From: a virus
Taxonomy: Duplodnaviria; Caudoviricetes
DNA: 55,620 nt
IMG/VR virus record: IMGVR_UViG_3300009512_002372
Span: 1 to 55,620 of that record
Strand: one strand, 5' to 3'
Below the pieces are notes generated by a model that was not told where the DNA came from, made no database searches, and saw nothing but the letters and a program-made list of their open reading frames with translations. This document shows, piece after piece, positions 26,850 through 36,559 of the stretch. Both the position numbers and the translations under genes were made by a program. Every line of letters begins with the position of its first letter. The stretch's first letter is position 1.

Positions 26850-28940
26850 CTAATCCTTTAAATAAAATGCGCCTTCCCAGCCTGTTGCTCCGAGTGGCAT
26901 GCCCTTGGCCCACGGCGGCAGCTCAGTCATGCAGTCGATAAGTTCGGCTATTTCGGAGCCGCCATCCGTATCCGTCATGGCAATAATTTCATCATGCACA
27001 TGGCCGACAATCTCAAATCCAGCAGCGCGTGAGTTCTGCATGCCTGCTGCTAACAAGTCACGGGCAACTGCCTGAACGATATTCTCCGCCATCTTTCCGG
27101 GGTGGGTGGCAAGCCTAGTCCACTTCCGAGTGAACTGGTCTACCCCTTCGTATGTCAGGTTCCGTACACTGCCAAACTTGGGGTGTACTACTGTTTCAAT
27201 CTTAGGGCTGAAATAACTCAAAGACCGACCGCTCGGCAGGCGACAAAAAAGAAACGGCTTACAATATTCGTAGCTCACAAGCCCGGCCTCCCACGCTCCT
27301 TCACCGCCCATCGCAGAGAAAGCTGCAATGCGCAATTCGTTCCACCATTTGGGAACTTCCGGGTACGCGCTACGATAGACATCCACCAGCCGCTTCCCGA
27401 CCGCCATAGCTTTTTCGTCGCGCGTGTACTCCCTGTCCCGTGTGTCTGACTTGGGGTCGATAGGCACACGCCACTCGTCTCTCTCCCCCTCGTAAAGCTC
27501 GGCTAGGTCTACGCCAAACCCGTGTGCGTAATTCATCAGCCCCTCGCCGCCAAGCCCGAAGCCGCAACCCAGAACAGGCGGCTTACAGAATTTACGTTGG
27601 TCTTTAGTGACCTCTGAGTATTCCACCGAGAACACTTCCGTCGCGTAATCTTTGTAGGCATCGCGGCCTGTCCTGAACAGGTCAGTAATACGCTTACTCC
27701 CGGACAGCCAGCCAATCACGACAGTCTCAACTGAGCTTAGGTCGGCGACTCGCAACGACTTGCCTACCGGGGCCGCGATTACGCACCGGATAGTTGAGAT
27801 CAAAGCGTCAGTAACAGATGGGTACATGAGATCAAGAATCTCAAGGTCTCTGTGCTTGACTGCTTTAATCGCAGCAGAGAGGCGTATCTGTATCTCCTCT
27901 ACCGTTCGACCGCCGAGGGTCGGGGACACGAGGTTGTGAGGTTGCACCCCCCCTCCTGTCCACCGTCCCGTTCGAGCGGCTCCGTAGAATTGAAAACTGC
28001 CCCTCAGCCGCGCGTCCCCCGATGACCGTTGCTTGAAGGCTTGGAACTTTTTGGGTGACACCTTGCTGGCTTCCTGCCTTAACAGGAGAACATTTCTCAC
28101 TGCACTCGGAAGGTCAGGGCGCAGAAGGCAGTCACGCATCACAGCCTTCGTCAGTGACTTTAAGGTGACCCCCTTCGATTGCAGCCAGCTCTGTAGCTGT
28201 ACTACGCTGTTGGGATTGTCCAGCCCGGTTATTGATTTTATTCCGGCGAGAAGACTCTTGGTGTGGTTCTTATAGACTTCAATCCCCGCGTCAATTAGAT
28301 CAACATCGACTGGCATCCCAGTCTCATTGATGTGCTGGTCAAGTAGCCAAAGAGACCTCTCACTGGCGGGGTGCGTCTCAGGGCTAAAAGGCAGCAGCTT
28401 CTTGTAAATCTCACGCTCGGCATTCACATCCTGAATGCAGTAAGTGCAAAACTCGGCCCAAGCCTCGGGGTCAGTCGCCCGAGTGCTGCGGACGTGAGGT
28501 TTAGATTGAGTCCCTACCTTCGGCCCGCAGAACTTTTTAATTAAGGCTTTACCCGAAGTCAATTTCTGAGTGTCTAGCGGTATGCCAACGCAGGCTCCAA
28601 CTTGTCCTAGACCACCGGGAAAGCTCAGGCTTTTAGCTAGAACCATAACGTCAGTCCACTGGCTGTCTTGGATGTCTAATCCCCAGCAGTTGGCTAATAG
28701 TTGCATCTCGAAGGTGGCGTTAAATGCTAGCTTCTCAATATCAGGGTCTACAAGATCGTTGCACAGCCAAAGGGGAGGCGGCTCACGGGTGCAATCGAAA
28801 AGGACAGTTTCTTTATCGTTGTAGGCTACTGCGGCCATCATAATTTCAGTGGATGGGTCAGCGGCGTAGACGTACACGCCTCGCGTTCGTAGATTCACCT
28901 TTGAGAAAGTCTCAAGGTCGATATGTAACTTCACGGCCAT
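26850..28940 (-). CDS. polA: Phage DNA polymerase, family A, with 3'-5' exonuclease
   Basis: DLET (exo I), FNATFE, RTGRW, ADLSSVE (motif A), KPPVLGCGFG (motif B), HVHDE (motif C). Confidence 0.95.
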   Translation of the reverse strand: MAVKLHIDLETFSKVNLRTRGVYVYAADPSTEIMMAAVAYNDKETVLFDCTREPPPLWLCNDLVDPDIEKLAFNATFEMQLLANCWGLDIQDSQWTDVMVLAKSLSFPGGLGQVGACVGIPLDTQKLTSGKALIKKFCGPKVGTQSKPHVRSTRATDPEAWAEFCTYCIQDVNAEREIYKKLLPFSPETHPASERSLWLLDQHINETGMPVDVDLIDAGIEVYKNHTKSLLAGIKSITGLDNPNSVVQLQSWLQSKGVTLKSLTKAVMRDCLLRPDLPSAVRNVLLLRQEASKVSPKKFQAFKQRSSGDARLRGSFQFYGAARTGRWTGGGVQPHNLVSPTLGGRTVEEIQIRLSAAIKAVKHRDLEILDLMYPSVTDALISTIRCVIAAPVGKSLRVADLSSVETVVIGWLSGSKRITDLFRTGRDAYKDYATEVFSVEYSEVTKDQRKFCKPPVLGCGFGLGGEGLMNYAHGFGVDLAELYEGERDEWRVPIDPKSDTRDREYTRDEKAMAVGKRLVDVYRSAYPEVPKWWNELRIAAFSAMGGEGAWEAGLVSYEYCKPFLFCRLPSGRSLSYFSPKIETVVHPKFGSVRNLTYEGVDQFTRKWTRLATHPGKMAENIVQAVARDLLAAGMQNSRAAGFEIVGHVHDEIIAMTDTDGGSEIAELIDCMTELPPWAKGMPLGATGWEGAFYLKD

Positions 28941-29026
28941 TGCGCTCTCCGGTTAATAAGTAGGAGACCCGTAACGTGGGTCAGGCGGCCAGCCTATTAT
29001 TGTTATGGGGCTGGCAGGTTGACGTC

Positions 29027-29605
29027 TTAGCTCCAAGGGTCTTCCGATGCACCCGCAGCCGGGCCGAAAGCAGAGAAGTCATCCTCGGCTCGGCGGCCCG
29101 CGCCGCTTAGGGGTTCGCCCTTGCTGGTGACTTGGACATTGCTCAGTCCAAGCGCGACTCCGCGGTTACCCTTCTGGTCATACGCATAGGCGTTCGCGCT
29201 GATTCGGCAGTAGTCGCCGCTGACAAAATCGCGGACGTCTAGGACGGGCCGCATCTGAGCGTCGATTATGCCGGGCTGGTTCTTGGTCTTGAGGTTAACC
29301 CAGTAATGGCCCGCATAAGCCTCGTCGTGGGCCTTCTCCGTGTCGCCATCTCGGAGAGGATTTTTCAGATTAGGCGGGCGCTTACTGGCGTCAGGCCACT
29401 TAGCAGTTGTTGCTGCTTCGACCGCCTTGTTAATCGCATTGACGGTATCCACGTCGTCTTTGCTAATTAAGAAAGCCATCGAGTATTCTTCTTTGCCGCT
29501 CATCGTATTAAGAGCTGGCTGGAATACGGAGACATAACTCCCGCGACCCTCGCCAGTGATGACTGTAGTATCTAGTGTCTTGTTTTGCTGTCTTTCTGCG
29601 TTCAT
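29027..29605 (-). CDS. DUF2815 ssDNA-binding protein (gp2.5-like)
   Basis: SYVSVFQP, PLRDGD, GNRGVALGLSNVQ and an acidic tail. Confidence 0.9.
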   Translation of the reverse strand: MNAERQQNKTLDTTVITGEGRGSYVSVFQPALNTMSGKEEYSMAFLISKDDVDTVNAINKAVEAATTAKWPDASKRPPNLKNPLRDGDTEKAHDEAYAGHYWVNLKTKNQPGIIDAQMRPVLDVRDFVSGDYCRISANAYAYDQKGNRGVALGLSNVQVTSKGEPLSGAGRRAEDDFSAFGPAAGASEDPWS

Positions 29606-29627
29606 AGCGTTTTCCTTTTTGCTAGAC

Positions 29628-30851
29628 TTAGTTAAATTCACGTCCGTCAGTAAATGAATAATCAGGGCGTGGGTCATCAGTTGCCACGACCGAAGGCTTA
29701 CCCTTCGGTTTCGTGATTACGGATTTCAAAGCGTCAGCCCCTCCTTTACCCAGCAGCTTAGTGGCCTGCGCGGGTGAGATAAGGGATGACGTGTAAATTT
29801 CTTGCTGAGTTTTTCCTAGCGCGAGCAGGGCGGCCGCGGCTTCACTTGCCCCCGTCCACTTGCGGTTAGCGCGCCCCTCGACGATTCGGAACCCCGGCAC
29901 GTCTAATCCTTGGACAAGACCGCCGAATGCTTCCTCTCGCACCGCCGCGCACCAATCTTCTATGGCGGGGATTTGCTCAAGTAATAGTCCTATTTCGGAG
30001 TAGGAGAGCAGCGCGGGGGTTCTGGTCGGCAATGGTTTGCCTGCGGCTAACGTCTCAACAGCAGTGTCGTACACACCAAATTCTTCGCAGGCTACCCGCA
30101 TAGACTCCTCTGCTCTTGCCGGGCATACGCCCTTGGCTGGGCAAAATCTGCACTGCTTAACGCCGGGTGACAGAGGCGGGTTATCGCTCATTGAAAGTTC
30201 TGCCGCGATCTTTGCGACCTCGGCAAAAGCAAACAACTCTTCTATTGAATACTCCGCAACACTGATATGGTCTCGCCTTGGCTGATATATGTGTAGCCGC
30301 ACCTTTTCAACAGGCTGTGTAAAAGAGAACTCAAATTCAAGGTACGCACCTAAAGCATACAACAGTGCTTGTTCGTTTTTCTGGGCGTGAACCATCACAC
30401 CCTTCCCATACTTATAATCAATCACGTCTAGAACGCCGTCGCCTATCACAATGTGGTCGGCTGTTCCGAAGCCTTCAGCGACATACTTTTCGTAGCTGAC
30501 TCTGACTTCAGTAAAATGCGTACCGGGATACTGATTACAGTAATCAACATAGCCGTGGCCGTGTTCAAACATCTGCTCATCGAGTTTAAAAGTAGGCCGC
30601 TCCCCGATAGTTCCATCCTTAATAACTACTGGAGAATCTATAGGTAAAAGCTCGTCGGTATTAACATCGTAGTACATGCCAATGTCCGCGGCCTCGCCTG
30701 TTAAGAGGTTAGCAGCAACGCAATGCGCAGCCGATCCTTCTTGGGAAGCAAACGAACTGGTATTGGGAATGTCTTTGCACATCTCGATGGAGCCGGGACA
30801 TGCGACCCAACGGTGAGCGGAGCTTGCACTTCTTTTCGCGTGGATACCCAT
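29628..30851 (-). CDS. DUF2800 Cas4-like PD-(D/E)XK exonuclease
   Basis: SASSAHRWVACPGS, FGTAD, DYKYG, QPR and CRFCPAK motifs. Confidence 0.9.
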   Translation of the reverse strand: MGIHAKRSASSAHRWVACPGSIEMCKDIPNTSSFASQEGSAAHCVAANLLTGEAADIGMYYDVNTDELLPIDSPVVIKDGTIGERPTFKLDEQMFEHGHGYVDYCNQYPGTHFTEVRVSYEKYVAEGFGTADHIVIGDGVLDVIDYKYGKGVMVHAQKNEQALLYALGAYLEFEFSFTQPVEKVRLHIYQPRRDHISVAEYSIEELFAFAEVAKIAAELSMSDNPPLSPGVKQCRFCPAKGVCPARAEESMRVACEEFGVYDTAVETLAAGKPLPTRTPALLSYSEIGLLLEQIPAIEDWCAAVREEAFGGLVQGLDVPGFRIVEGRANRKWTGASEAAAALLALGKTQQEIYTSSLISPAQATKLLGKGGADALKSVITKPKGKPSVVATDDPRPDYSFTDGREFN

Positions 30852-30852
30852 G

Positions 30853-31068
30853 CTACATATCCCTCGGTGTTACAATACTACTGAGGTAGGAGTACCAACG
30901 CCCCTTCGCAAGCGCGGGGGTACGGCCGAAGAATGCCAGCCGCTTTCCAAACCAGTTCACCTCAAGAATTGTCCAGTTGGACTTGAGGATCGTAGTCTCG
31001 AACTCAGTGTCTCCGAAATCGTATTTCAGTCTCAGATGTCTTTTAGTTGGCTTTGGTTGCATATCCAT
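30853..31068 (-). CDS. Hypothetical protein
   Basis: 71-aa ORF within the operon. Confidence 0.5.
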   Translation of the reverse strand: MDMQPKPTKRHLRLKYDFGDTEFETTILKSNWTILEVNWFGKRLAFFGRTPALAKGRWYSYLSSIVTPRDM

Positions 31069-31084
31069 GTCGGTCTCTCAGTTA

Positions 31085-31462
31085 TCAGTTTTGGTTTGCG
31101 TTATCCATCATCTGCTTCGCTTCGGCTATCAGTTCGCTGTAGCAGGCCGCGTTCAGGTCTCCTAACTTTGCGGCTCCAAACTTATCAACCAGCGCGGCCG
31201 CTGCTTCGCGGTTAATTGACTGGGCTACTCCCAACACCGCCTCGCGCGCGTCGTCGATTGTTGCTACCGAACGATCAACGGCATCAGACTTCGCTTCGGT
31301 CTTGGCTTTCGTCTTGGCTTTCGTCTTGGTTTTAGGTGTTGCGGCGTCAGGTGCTGTGGCCGTCGTCTTAGGGGGCGGCGGCAAGTAGGCTCGAAGGTCA
31401 TCCATCTGGCTGACAAGGGTCAAAACCGCTTGGGTTAAATCTGTTAGCGTTTTCTCGATCAT
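31085..31462 (-). CDS. Conserved protein usually found beside DUF2800 genes
   Basis: P/T/K linker plus C-terminal ...ALVDKFGAAKLGDL...YSELI. Confidence 0.7.
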   Translation of the reverse strand: MIEKTLTDLTQAVLTLVSQMDDLRAYLPPPPKTTATAPDAATPKTKTKAKTKAKTEAKSDAVDRSVATIDDAREAVLGVAQSINREAAAALVDKFGAAKLGDLNAACYSELIAEAKQMMDNANQN

Positions 31463-31554
31463 AGCGTTTTCTCTGTAGTGGGTTTATCTTTACAACGGTA
31501 GCCATCATATTGGTTGTAAGTGTAACTTGTCAAGGTGTAAGTGTAATTGAGATT

Positions 31555-31587
31555 AAAAAAAAGCCCAAGCCTTACGGGGCGGGGGCT
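31555..31587 (-). terminator. Rho-independent terminator of the repressor transcript
   Basis: AGCCCCCGCCCCGTAAGGCTTGGGC followed by T8. Confidence 0.65.
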
Positions 31588-32047
31588 GGGGAGGTGTGCG
31601 GCAGTTGTTTTCGGGTTATGGTTGAATACTGGTAAAATTAACAGCCAGCGATTGGGTGTGTAAGTCCTTTTTCTATATAAGCGATAATAGCATCTGGATA
31701 ATCACCACAGTAATAATCAGCGAATAATTCCAGCGGGTCGCTTTTGTTGGCCTCCCCATATAAACAGTAAAAAGCTGTTATTACTTCCCGACTATCGGAA
31801 TCAATAATGTTAATCCAATCCTCACCCGTACCATTTAATGCGCTGGTAATTTCCTCAAAATCTCCACAGTTATCCAATACAGTTTCCTCGCCATCGGAAA
31901 CGGATATTAAATGCCCATCAAGTAATACGCGGTTGATTAGCAGGGTTAATACCTTGCGATCTTGCATGTCGATATAAGTGCTATACATAATTAGATTCCT
32001 ATCTAATTCACGGCAGGAATGCCGGGGAGGTGTGCGGCAGTTGTTTT
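31588..32047 (+). repeat. 24-bp perfect direct repeats GGGGAGGTGTGCGGCAGTTGTTTT (31588-31611 and 32024-32047)
   Basis: Exact match, flanking the 31638-31988 gene. Confidence 0.92.
31638..31988 (-). CDS. Acidic hypothetical protein (moron-like, AT-rich)
   Basis: AGGA RBS; ISVSDGEE...GEDW motif; lower GC than the flanks. Confidence 0.75.
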   Translation of the reverse strand: MYSTYIDMQDRKVLTLLINRVLLDGHLISVSDGEETVLDNCGDFEEITSALNGTGEDWINIIDSDSREVITAFYCLYGEANKSDPLELFADYYCGDYPDAIIAYIEKGLTHPIAGC

Positions 32048-32876
32048 AGTGGGTATCCCGGACGAGTTCCCAGCCCGCGACACGTTTAGCAATATCAGCA
32101 ATATCGAACCGGTCTACAAAGTCCCACAGGGGGTGTGCGTAGGCCATAGCCTCGGCCGTAGCCTTGGCGACCGTGTCGCTATGTCCGTTCCTTTGCAGTT
32201 CTATAAGCTCAGGTGCGGCTGCCGCTTTTAAAAGTGCGATCCCCTCCCGAGTCAAAAACATCCGCGCTGGGACTATAAAAAAACGCGGCTCGTTGCTGAA
32301 CGACGACCAGAAGGCATAGACTGATACCTGAGTTACTGAACTATTCACCTGATGACGCCTTCCGACTCGGATGGTGTCGCCCACACTTGGCGACCGGACA
32401 TGAAGCTCAATGTCGTACCGAACGTCGTCGCGTTCAACCGAGAAAGAGTTGTGTCGGTCTTCATCCTGCACGTTGGGATAATAGCCTTCGTAAGACAGCT
32501 CCAGTATCAGCGCGTCGTAGGCAGTTTTTGTGGCTAAGGTAACCGCTTGCTGGTGGCGGGTAATCGCAGCGTTCAGCGCCTCTTGCGACTCGTAGAGATT
32601 TTTAATCATCGAGGGCGGGGAGGCTTGCCGGTCGAGTTGGGTTGCGTAATGAAGTTCCTCAACCCCTGATATTAACTCCTCGACTGAGATGCCCAGCGCC
32701 TTCGATAACGACGGCATGTGCGACGGGCGGGGAAGAGAGCTTCCCGTGAACCAGCGTTGAACAGACTGCGGGGTCACCCCGACTATTTTTGCAACCTTCG
32801 TTTGGGACAAGTCCTGAGACTTTGCCGCTGCGGCTACCCTGACCGCGAAAGTTTGGTACTTCTTTTCTGTTGCCAT
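32046..32876 (-). CDS. CI-like XRE repressor lacking an S24 peptidase domain
   Basis: LSQTKVAKIVGVTPQSVQRWFTGSSLP HTH; divergent from the cro-like gene; AAGGAG RBS. Confidence 0.85.
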   Translation of the reverse strand: MATEKKYQTFAVRVAAAAKSQDLSQTKVAKIVGVTPQSVQRWFTGSSLPRPSHMPSLSKALGISVEELISGVEELHYATQLDRQASPPSMIKNLYESQEALNAAITRHQQAVTLATKTAYDALILELSYEGYYPNVQDEDRHNSFSVERDDVRYDIELHVRSPSVGDTIRVGRRHQVNSSVTQVSVYAFWSSFSNEPRFFIVPARMFLTREGIALLKAAAAPELIELQRNGHSDTVAKATAEAMAYAHPLWDFVDRFDIADIAKRVAGWELVRDTH

Positions 32877-33005
32877 TACTTTATATGCTCCTTAATCGCA
32901 CTTCAGTGTGGTGTCTCCGTACCAGCGTCAAGAGAGTGCGTGAAAGGCCGGGCGTCGTGCCTCGGAGTGTCATTCGACGTCACATTGTAATCTTACGCTT
33001 AGACT

Positions 33006-33026
33006 ATTACAACCGAAGATTGTAAT
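33006..33026. promoter_or_regulatory. Operator palindrome ATTACAA-N7-TTGTAAT
   Basis: Lies in the cI/cro intergenic region among further TTACA/TGTAA half sites. Confidence 0.7.
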
Positions 33027-33119
33027 GCTCAGTAAAAAGTTGTACACATTACAAGTTTGGTTTACTATTCGTTACACTTACACGAGTAAGCTACACTTTA
33101 CCTACGGAACACGTCTACT

Positions 33120-33392
33120 ATGCCTGATACCAAATCCTTTCGATCCCATGCTATGACACCTAAGCAGCTCCGAGAATCGGCCGCAGCGTTCAGAACCGCA
33201 ATGCAAAATGTACTTGACGGTAACCTGTCTGAGTTAGCCAGACGCTGCCGGGTCACACCGCAGGCGGTTCAGAGCTGGACAGCAAGCGGCGCAATACCCG
33301 CTCGTAGAGTTGTACAGGTGTGCAACGCGCTCAACAATCACGTTTCTGATTACCAACTGAGGCCCGACATCTTCCGCGATCCCGCCAAGTAG
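33120..33392 (+). CDS. Cro/YdaS-like regulator
   Basis: LSELARRCRVTPQAVQSW...IPARR...LRPDIF. Confidence 0.85.
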   Translation: MPDTKSFRSHAMTPKQLRESAAAFRTAMQNVLDGNLSELARRCRVTPQAVQSWTASGAIPARRVVQVCNALNNHVSDYQLRPDIFRDPAK

Positions 33393-33488
33393 GTAATAAA
33401 AAGCCCCGGTCGCGTAAACGACTCGGGGCCAACCCTGCAACCTGAGCGGGTTGCGGATTCGATATTACACTACTGGGGAAGAAGATCA

Positions 33489-36041
33489 ATGATTGAAGTG
33501 ACCTACGGTCTGAGCGCAGCCCGCAGCAAAAACCTATCACATAAAATTCTTAGCGACATAAATCAGTTTGCAGATTTTATACGCGACGGCTCTACCCACG
33601 TCTCGAAGCTGGACGCCGAGGTCGATACCTTCGCAGCATGGCATTCGCTCACGAAAAAACAGCGGGACAAGCTCAAAGTAAAAGGCGGCTATATAATAGC
33701 TGGTCAGACGGCCGAGGGCGCTAAGAGAAACACGGAGTCTGTCACTGCTGTTAAGCTCTTAATACTAGACCTTGACAGCGGCGACCTGTCACAGCACGAA
33801 GTCACCCTGAAGGTTAGGGACTGGACGTGTGCATACTTTGAGACTGCAAATAGTGTGGGTGGCGCGCGCCGATGGCGGGTAGCACTCCCGCTCAACATAG
33901 CTCTGAGCGTTGGCGATTTTAAACAGGCGTCGGCCAACTTTTTAAAACTGAACGGTATAAGTGCCGACAGTTGTTCTAGCAGCCCGGCTCAAGCTCAGAT
34001 GTTACCCATTATATTTGATGACTACTGTCCCACTGTGCATGTCAACGAGGGGAGCTACTTAGACCTTACTGCGTACTTGACAGTAGCTCCGGGCCAGATC
34101 AACGCCGCGCCTATCGAGGGTGACGAGGGCTTAAAAAACTATCGGAGGCCACTTGAAAGCGTAACGACTGCCGACATAGTAAAAGGGCTTGAGAGCGTAG
34201 ACGCCCACGAGCGGGATGTGTGGATTCAAACCGGGATGGGGCTACATCACCAGTTCGGAGGCTCGGACGAGGGTCTACAGGTGTGGGACGCTTGGAGTTC
34301 AAAGGCCACCGCAAAGTGGGATGACGCCTGTTGTGCGGCCGCATGGGAAGGCTTTAACACGCAGCTCTCAGACCGCGCGCCTGTGACCATCCGCACCGTC
34401 TTGAAAGACCTCGGCCGTCAGGAAGCAGCGGAGTCGCGCGAGAGTTTGCGAGGTGCTTGGGCGCGCAAGATTTCGATGTGCGCTGACGAGGGTGAGATTC
34501 GTGAGGTGTTTACAGTTGAGATTTGTCACGAGTGGACATTCGGAGAATACGACCGCAACCTTCTGGCGCAGTCTATTCAGGTGCGTCTTGCAGAGCTGGC
34601 GGTAACCAGTACCGGCAGGACTGTGAAGCCCCATCCGATTTCTGAAGTGCGCGAGTGGCTTAACCCTAAGAGGCTGTCAGCTAATACTCCTCCCAACAAG
34701 GGTGAGAGACTGGACGAGTTAGATCGCTGGCCCGAGGGCTGGGTCTACTTGCAAAACGGCGATGAGTTTTTAGAACTCGCAACAAAGAGACGTTGCAGCA
34801 GCCGAGGTTTCCAAGCGGAATTTAACCGCCGCATGACTGGGGCTGATGGTGTCTTGATGGCCCCTGCTGACATCTACGCGCTGTCCCTCTGTGAAACTCC
34901 AATTCCAATTTGCGCCCAGCGTATCTATGCGCCGGGTAAGCCTGTGGTTTTTACGGACGAAGACACGGGTGTGAAGTATGCCAACGAGTGGAACGAGCAT
35001 ACAGTCCCGGTCGCGTGGCCGCGCGAGGTTTGGGGAGCAGGGGACAACTCAGCGGTGGTGAATTTTCTTAAACTTCTCACGCTGATAATTCCAAAAACTG
35101 AGAGAAAAACTTTCTTTTATTATATGTGCTGGATCGTGCAGAACGAAGGTTCGCACATGAACTGGGCACCCGTCATTCAGGGGCCACAAGGCGCAGGCAA
35201 GACTATGTTATCGGAAATCTTGAGGGCTGCGCTCGGCGCTGAAAATGCACGGTCGATTGACGCACACGTTCTGGGGTCGGGCTTCACATCGTGGGCGCAA
35301 GGTTCAGTGTTAAATACAATCGAAGAAATAAGATTGCCGGGTGAAAAAGGCAGCGCGCATGCAATCATTAACAGCCTGAAACCCTACATCACCAACGCCC
35401 GCATCAGCATTCACCGCAAAGGCCGTGACCCGTATGAAGTTCCCAACTCAGCCAACTACTTATTCCTGACTAATCACGAGGACGCTATCCCTTTGGAAGC
35501 TGGAGACCGCAGATACTTCGTGGTGTTTACGACGCCGAGGACGGGTATGGACGTGGCGATAATAGTGAAGCAAAGACCTCAGTTTTTCGAGAGGGTCTAC
35601 GACGCCTACACGAATCACCCAGAGGCGCTTAGGGGATACATGCTCGGCGTTAAAATTCCAGATAGCTTTCAACCGTTCGGACACGCACCTCACACCCAAG
35701 CCAAAGACATAATGGGCGGGAACACCAAGCCCGGAGACGAGCAGGCACTGACGGAGGTGCTGTCTGAGGTATATGACGGCGTGAACGGGCCGAGTGGGGT
35801 TCTACACACCGCTGCTGTCACTCAGAGGATGCGTTCAGAATTTTCTGTGACGGTGCGCCCGGCAAGACTTGGGATGCTACTGCGAGCCGCTGGCTGGGAA
35901 AAGTTCGGGAAGCTCAGGTGGCGTGGTACTCCACGGACTATCTACATCAAGCCTCGGCTGTCCGGGCTACAAAATTTACCGGGAGAAGCGGAGCAGATAC
36001 TAGCACTACTTGATGCCAGTGTTGGGGGTGAGTTCTTATGA
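33489..36041 (+). CDS. Primase-helicase (AEP-like N-terminus, PriCT-2, SF3/D5-like NTPase)
   Basis: LDLD, RWRVALPL, WIQTGMGLH...WDAWS, GPQGAGKT, IEE and DRRYF motifs. Confidence 0.9.
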   Translation: MIEVTYGLSAARSKNLSHKILSDINQFADFIRDGSTHVSKLDAEVDTFAAWHSLTKKQRDKLKVKGGYIIAGQTAEGAKRNTESVTAVKLLILDLDSGDLSQHEVTLKVRDWTCAYFETANSVGGARRWRVALPLNIALSVGDFKQASANFLKLNGISADSCSSSPAQAQMLPIIFDDYCPTVHVNEGSYLDLTAYLTVAPGQINAAPIEGDEGLKNYRRPLESVTTADIVKGLESVDAHERDVWIQTGMGLHHQFGGSDEGLQVWDAWSSKATAKWDDACCAAAWEGFNTQLSDRAPVTIRTVLKDLGRQEAAESRESLRGAWARKISMCADEGEIREVFTVEICHEWTFGEYDRNLLAQSIQVRLAELAVTSTGRTVKPHPISEVREWLNPKRLSANTPPNKGERLDELDRWPEGWVYLQNGDEFLELATKRRCSSRGFQAEFNRRMTGADGVLMAPADIYALSLCETPIPICAQRIYAPGKPVVFTDEDTGVKYANEWNEHTVPVAWPREVWGAGDNSAVVNFLKLLTLIIPKTERKTFFYYMCWIVQNEGSHMNWAPVIQGPQGAGKTMLSEILRAALGAENARSIDAHVLGSGFTSWAQGSVLNTIEEIRLPGEKGSAHAIINSLKPYITNARISIHRKGRDPYEVPNSANYLFLTNHEDAIPLEAGDRRYFVVFTTPRTGMDVAIIVKQRPQFFERVYDAYTNHPEALRGYMLGVKIPDSFQPFGHAPHTQAKDIMGGNTKPGDEQALTEVLSEVYDGVNGPSGVLHTAAVTQRMRSEFSVTVRPARLGMLLRAAGWEKFGKLRWRGTPRTIYIKPRLSGLQNLPGEAEQILALLDASVGGEFL

Positions 36042-36559
36042 GTTACAAAGTCATCGGGCTAGCAGGCCCAGCGCGCGTCGGAAAAGACACCGTAGCAAAT
36101 CACTTGGAGCGCAGCGAAAACTACAAGCGTTACGCTTTTGCAGGGCCGCTCAAAGCCATGTTAGCAGCAGGCTTCTGCTTGACCGAGGCTCACTTAGAGG
36201 GCGACCTCAAGGAGAAAGTGCTGGAGCCTTTGGGCAAGTCGCCGCGGGAGCTGATGCAAACCTTGGGAACTGAGTGGGCGCGCGACACCGTCCATCAGGA
36301 CTGCTGGCTCATCATTGCAGAGAAATACTGTGAGAGCCACGGCAAGACTATCATTACGGACGTGCGGTTTCCCAACGAGGCGGCGTGGGTGCGGGCGAGA
36401 GGCGAGCTGTGGCATGTTCGACGGCGGGGTGCGCCGAGTGTGTCCGCGCACACGAGTGAAATTGGAATTGTTCCGTTAGAAGGAGAGCCTGTTATTCATA
36501 ACGACTCATCAGTAGAGATGTTGGAGTTCACCATAGACAAATTGCTGGGAGTCAGATGA
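36038..36559 (+). CDS. Deoxynucleoside monophosphate kinase
   Basis: GLAGPARVGKDT, SPRELMQTLGTEWAR, ITDVRFPNE and HTSE motifs. Confidence 0.92.
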   Translation: MSYKVIGLAGPARVGKDTVANHLERSENYKRYAFAGPLKAMLAAGFCLTEAHLEGDLKEKVLEPLGKSPRELMQTLGTEWARDTVHQDCWLIIAEKYCESHGKTIITDVRFPNEAAWVRARGELWHVRRRGAPSVSAHTSEIGIVPLEGEPVIHNDSSVEMLEFTIDKLLGVR

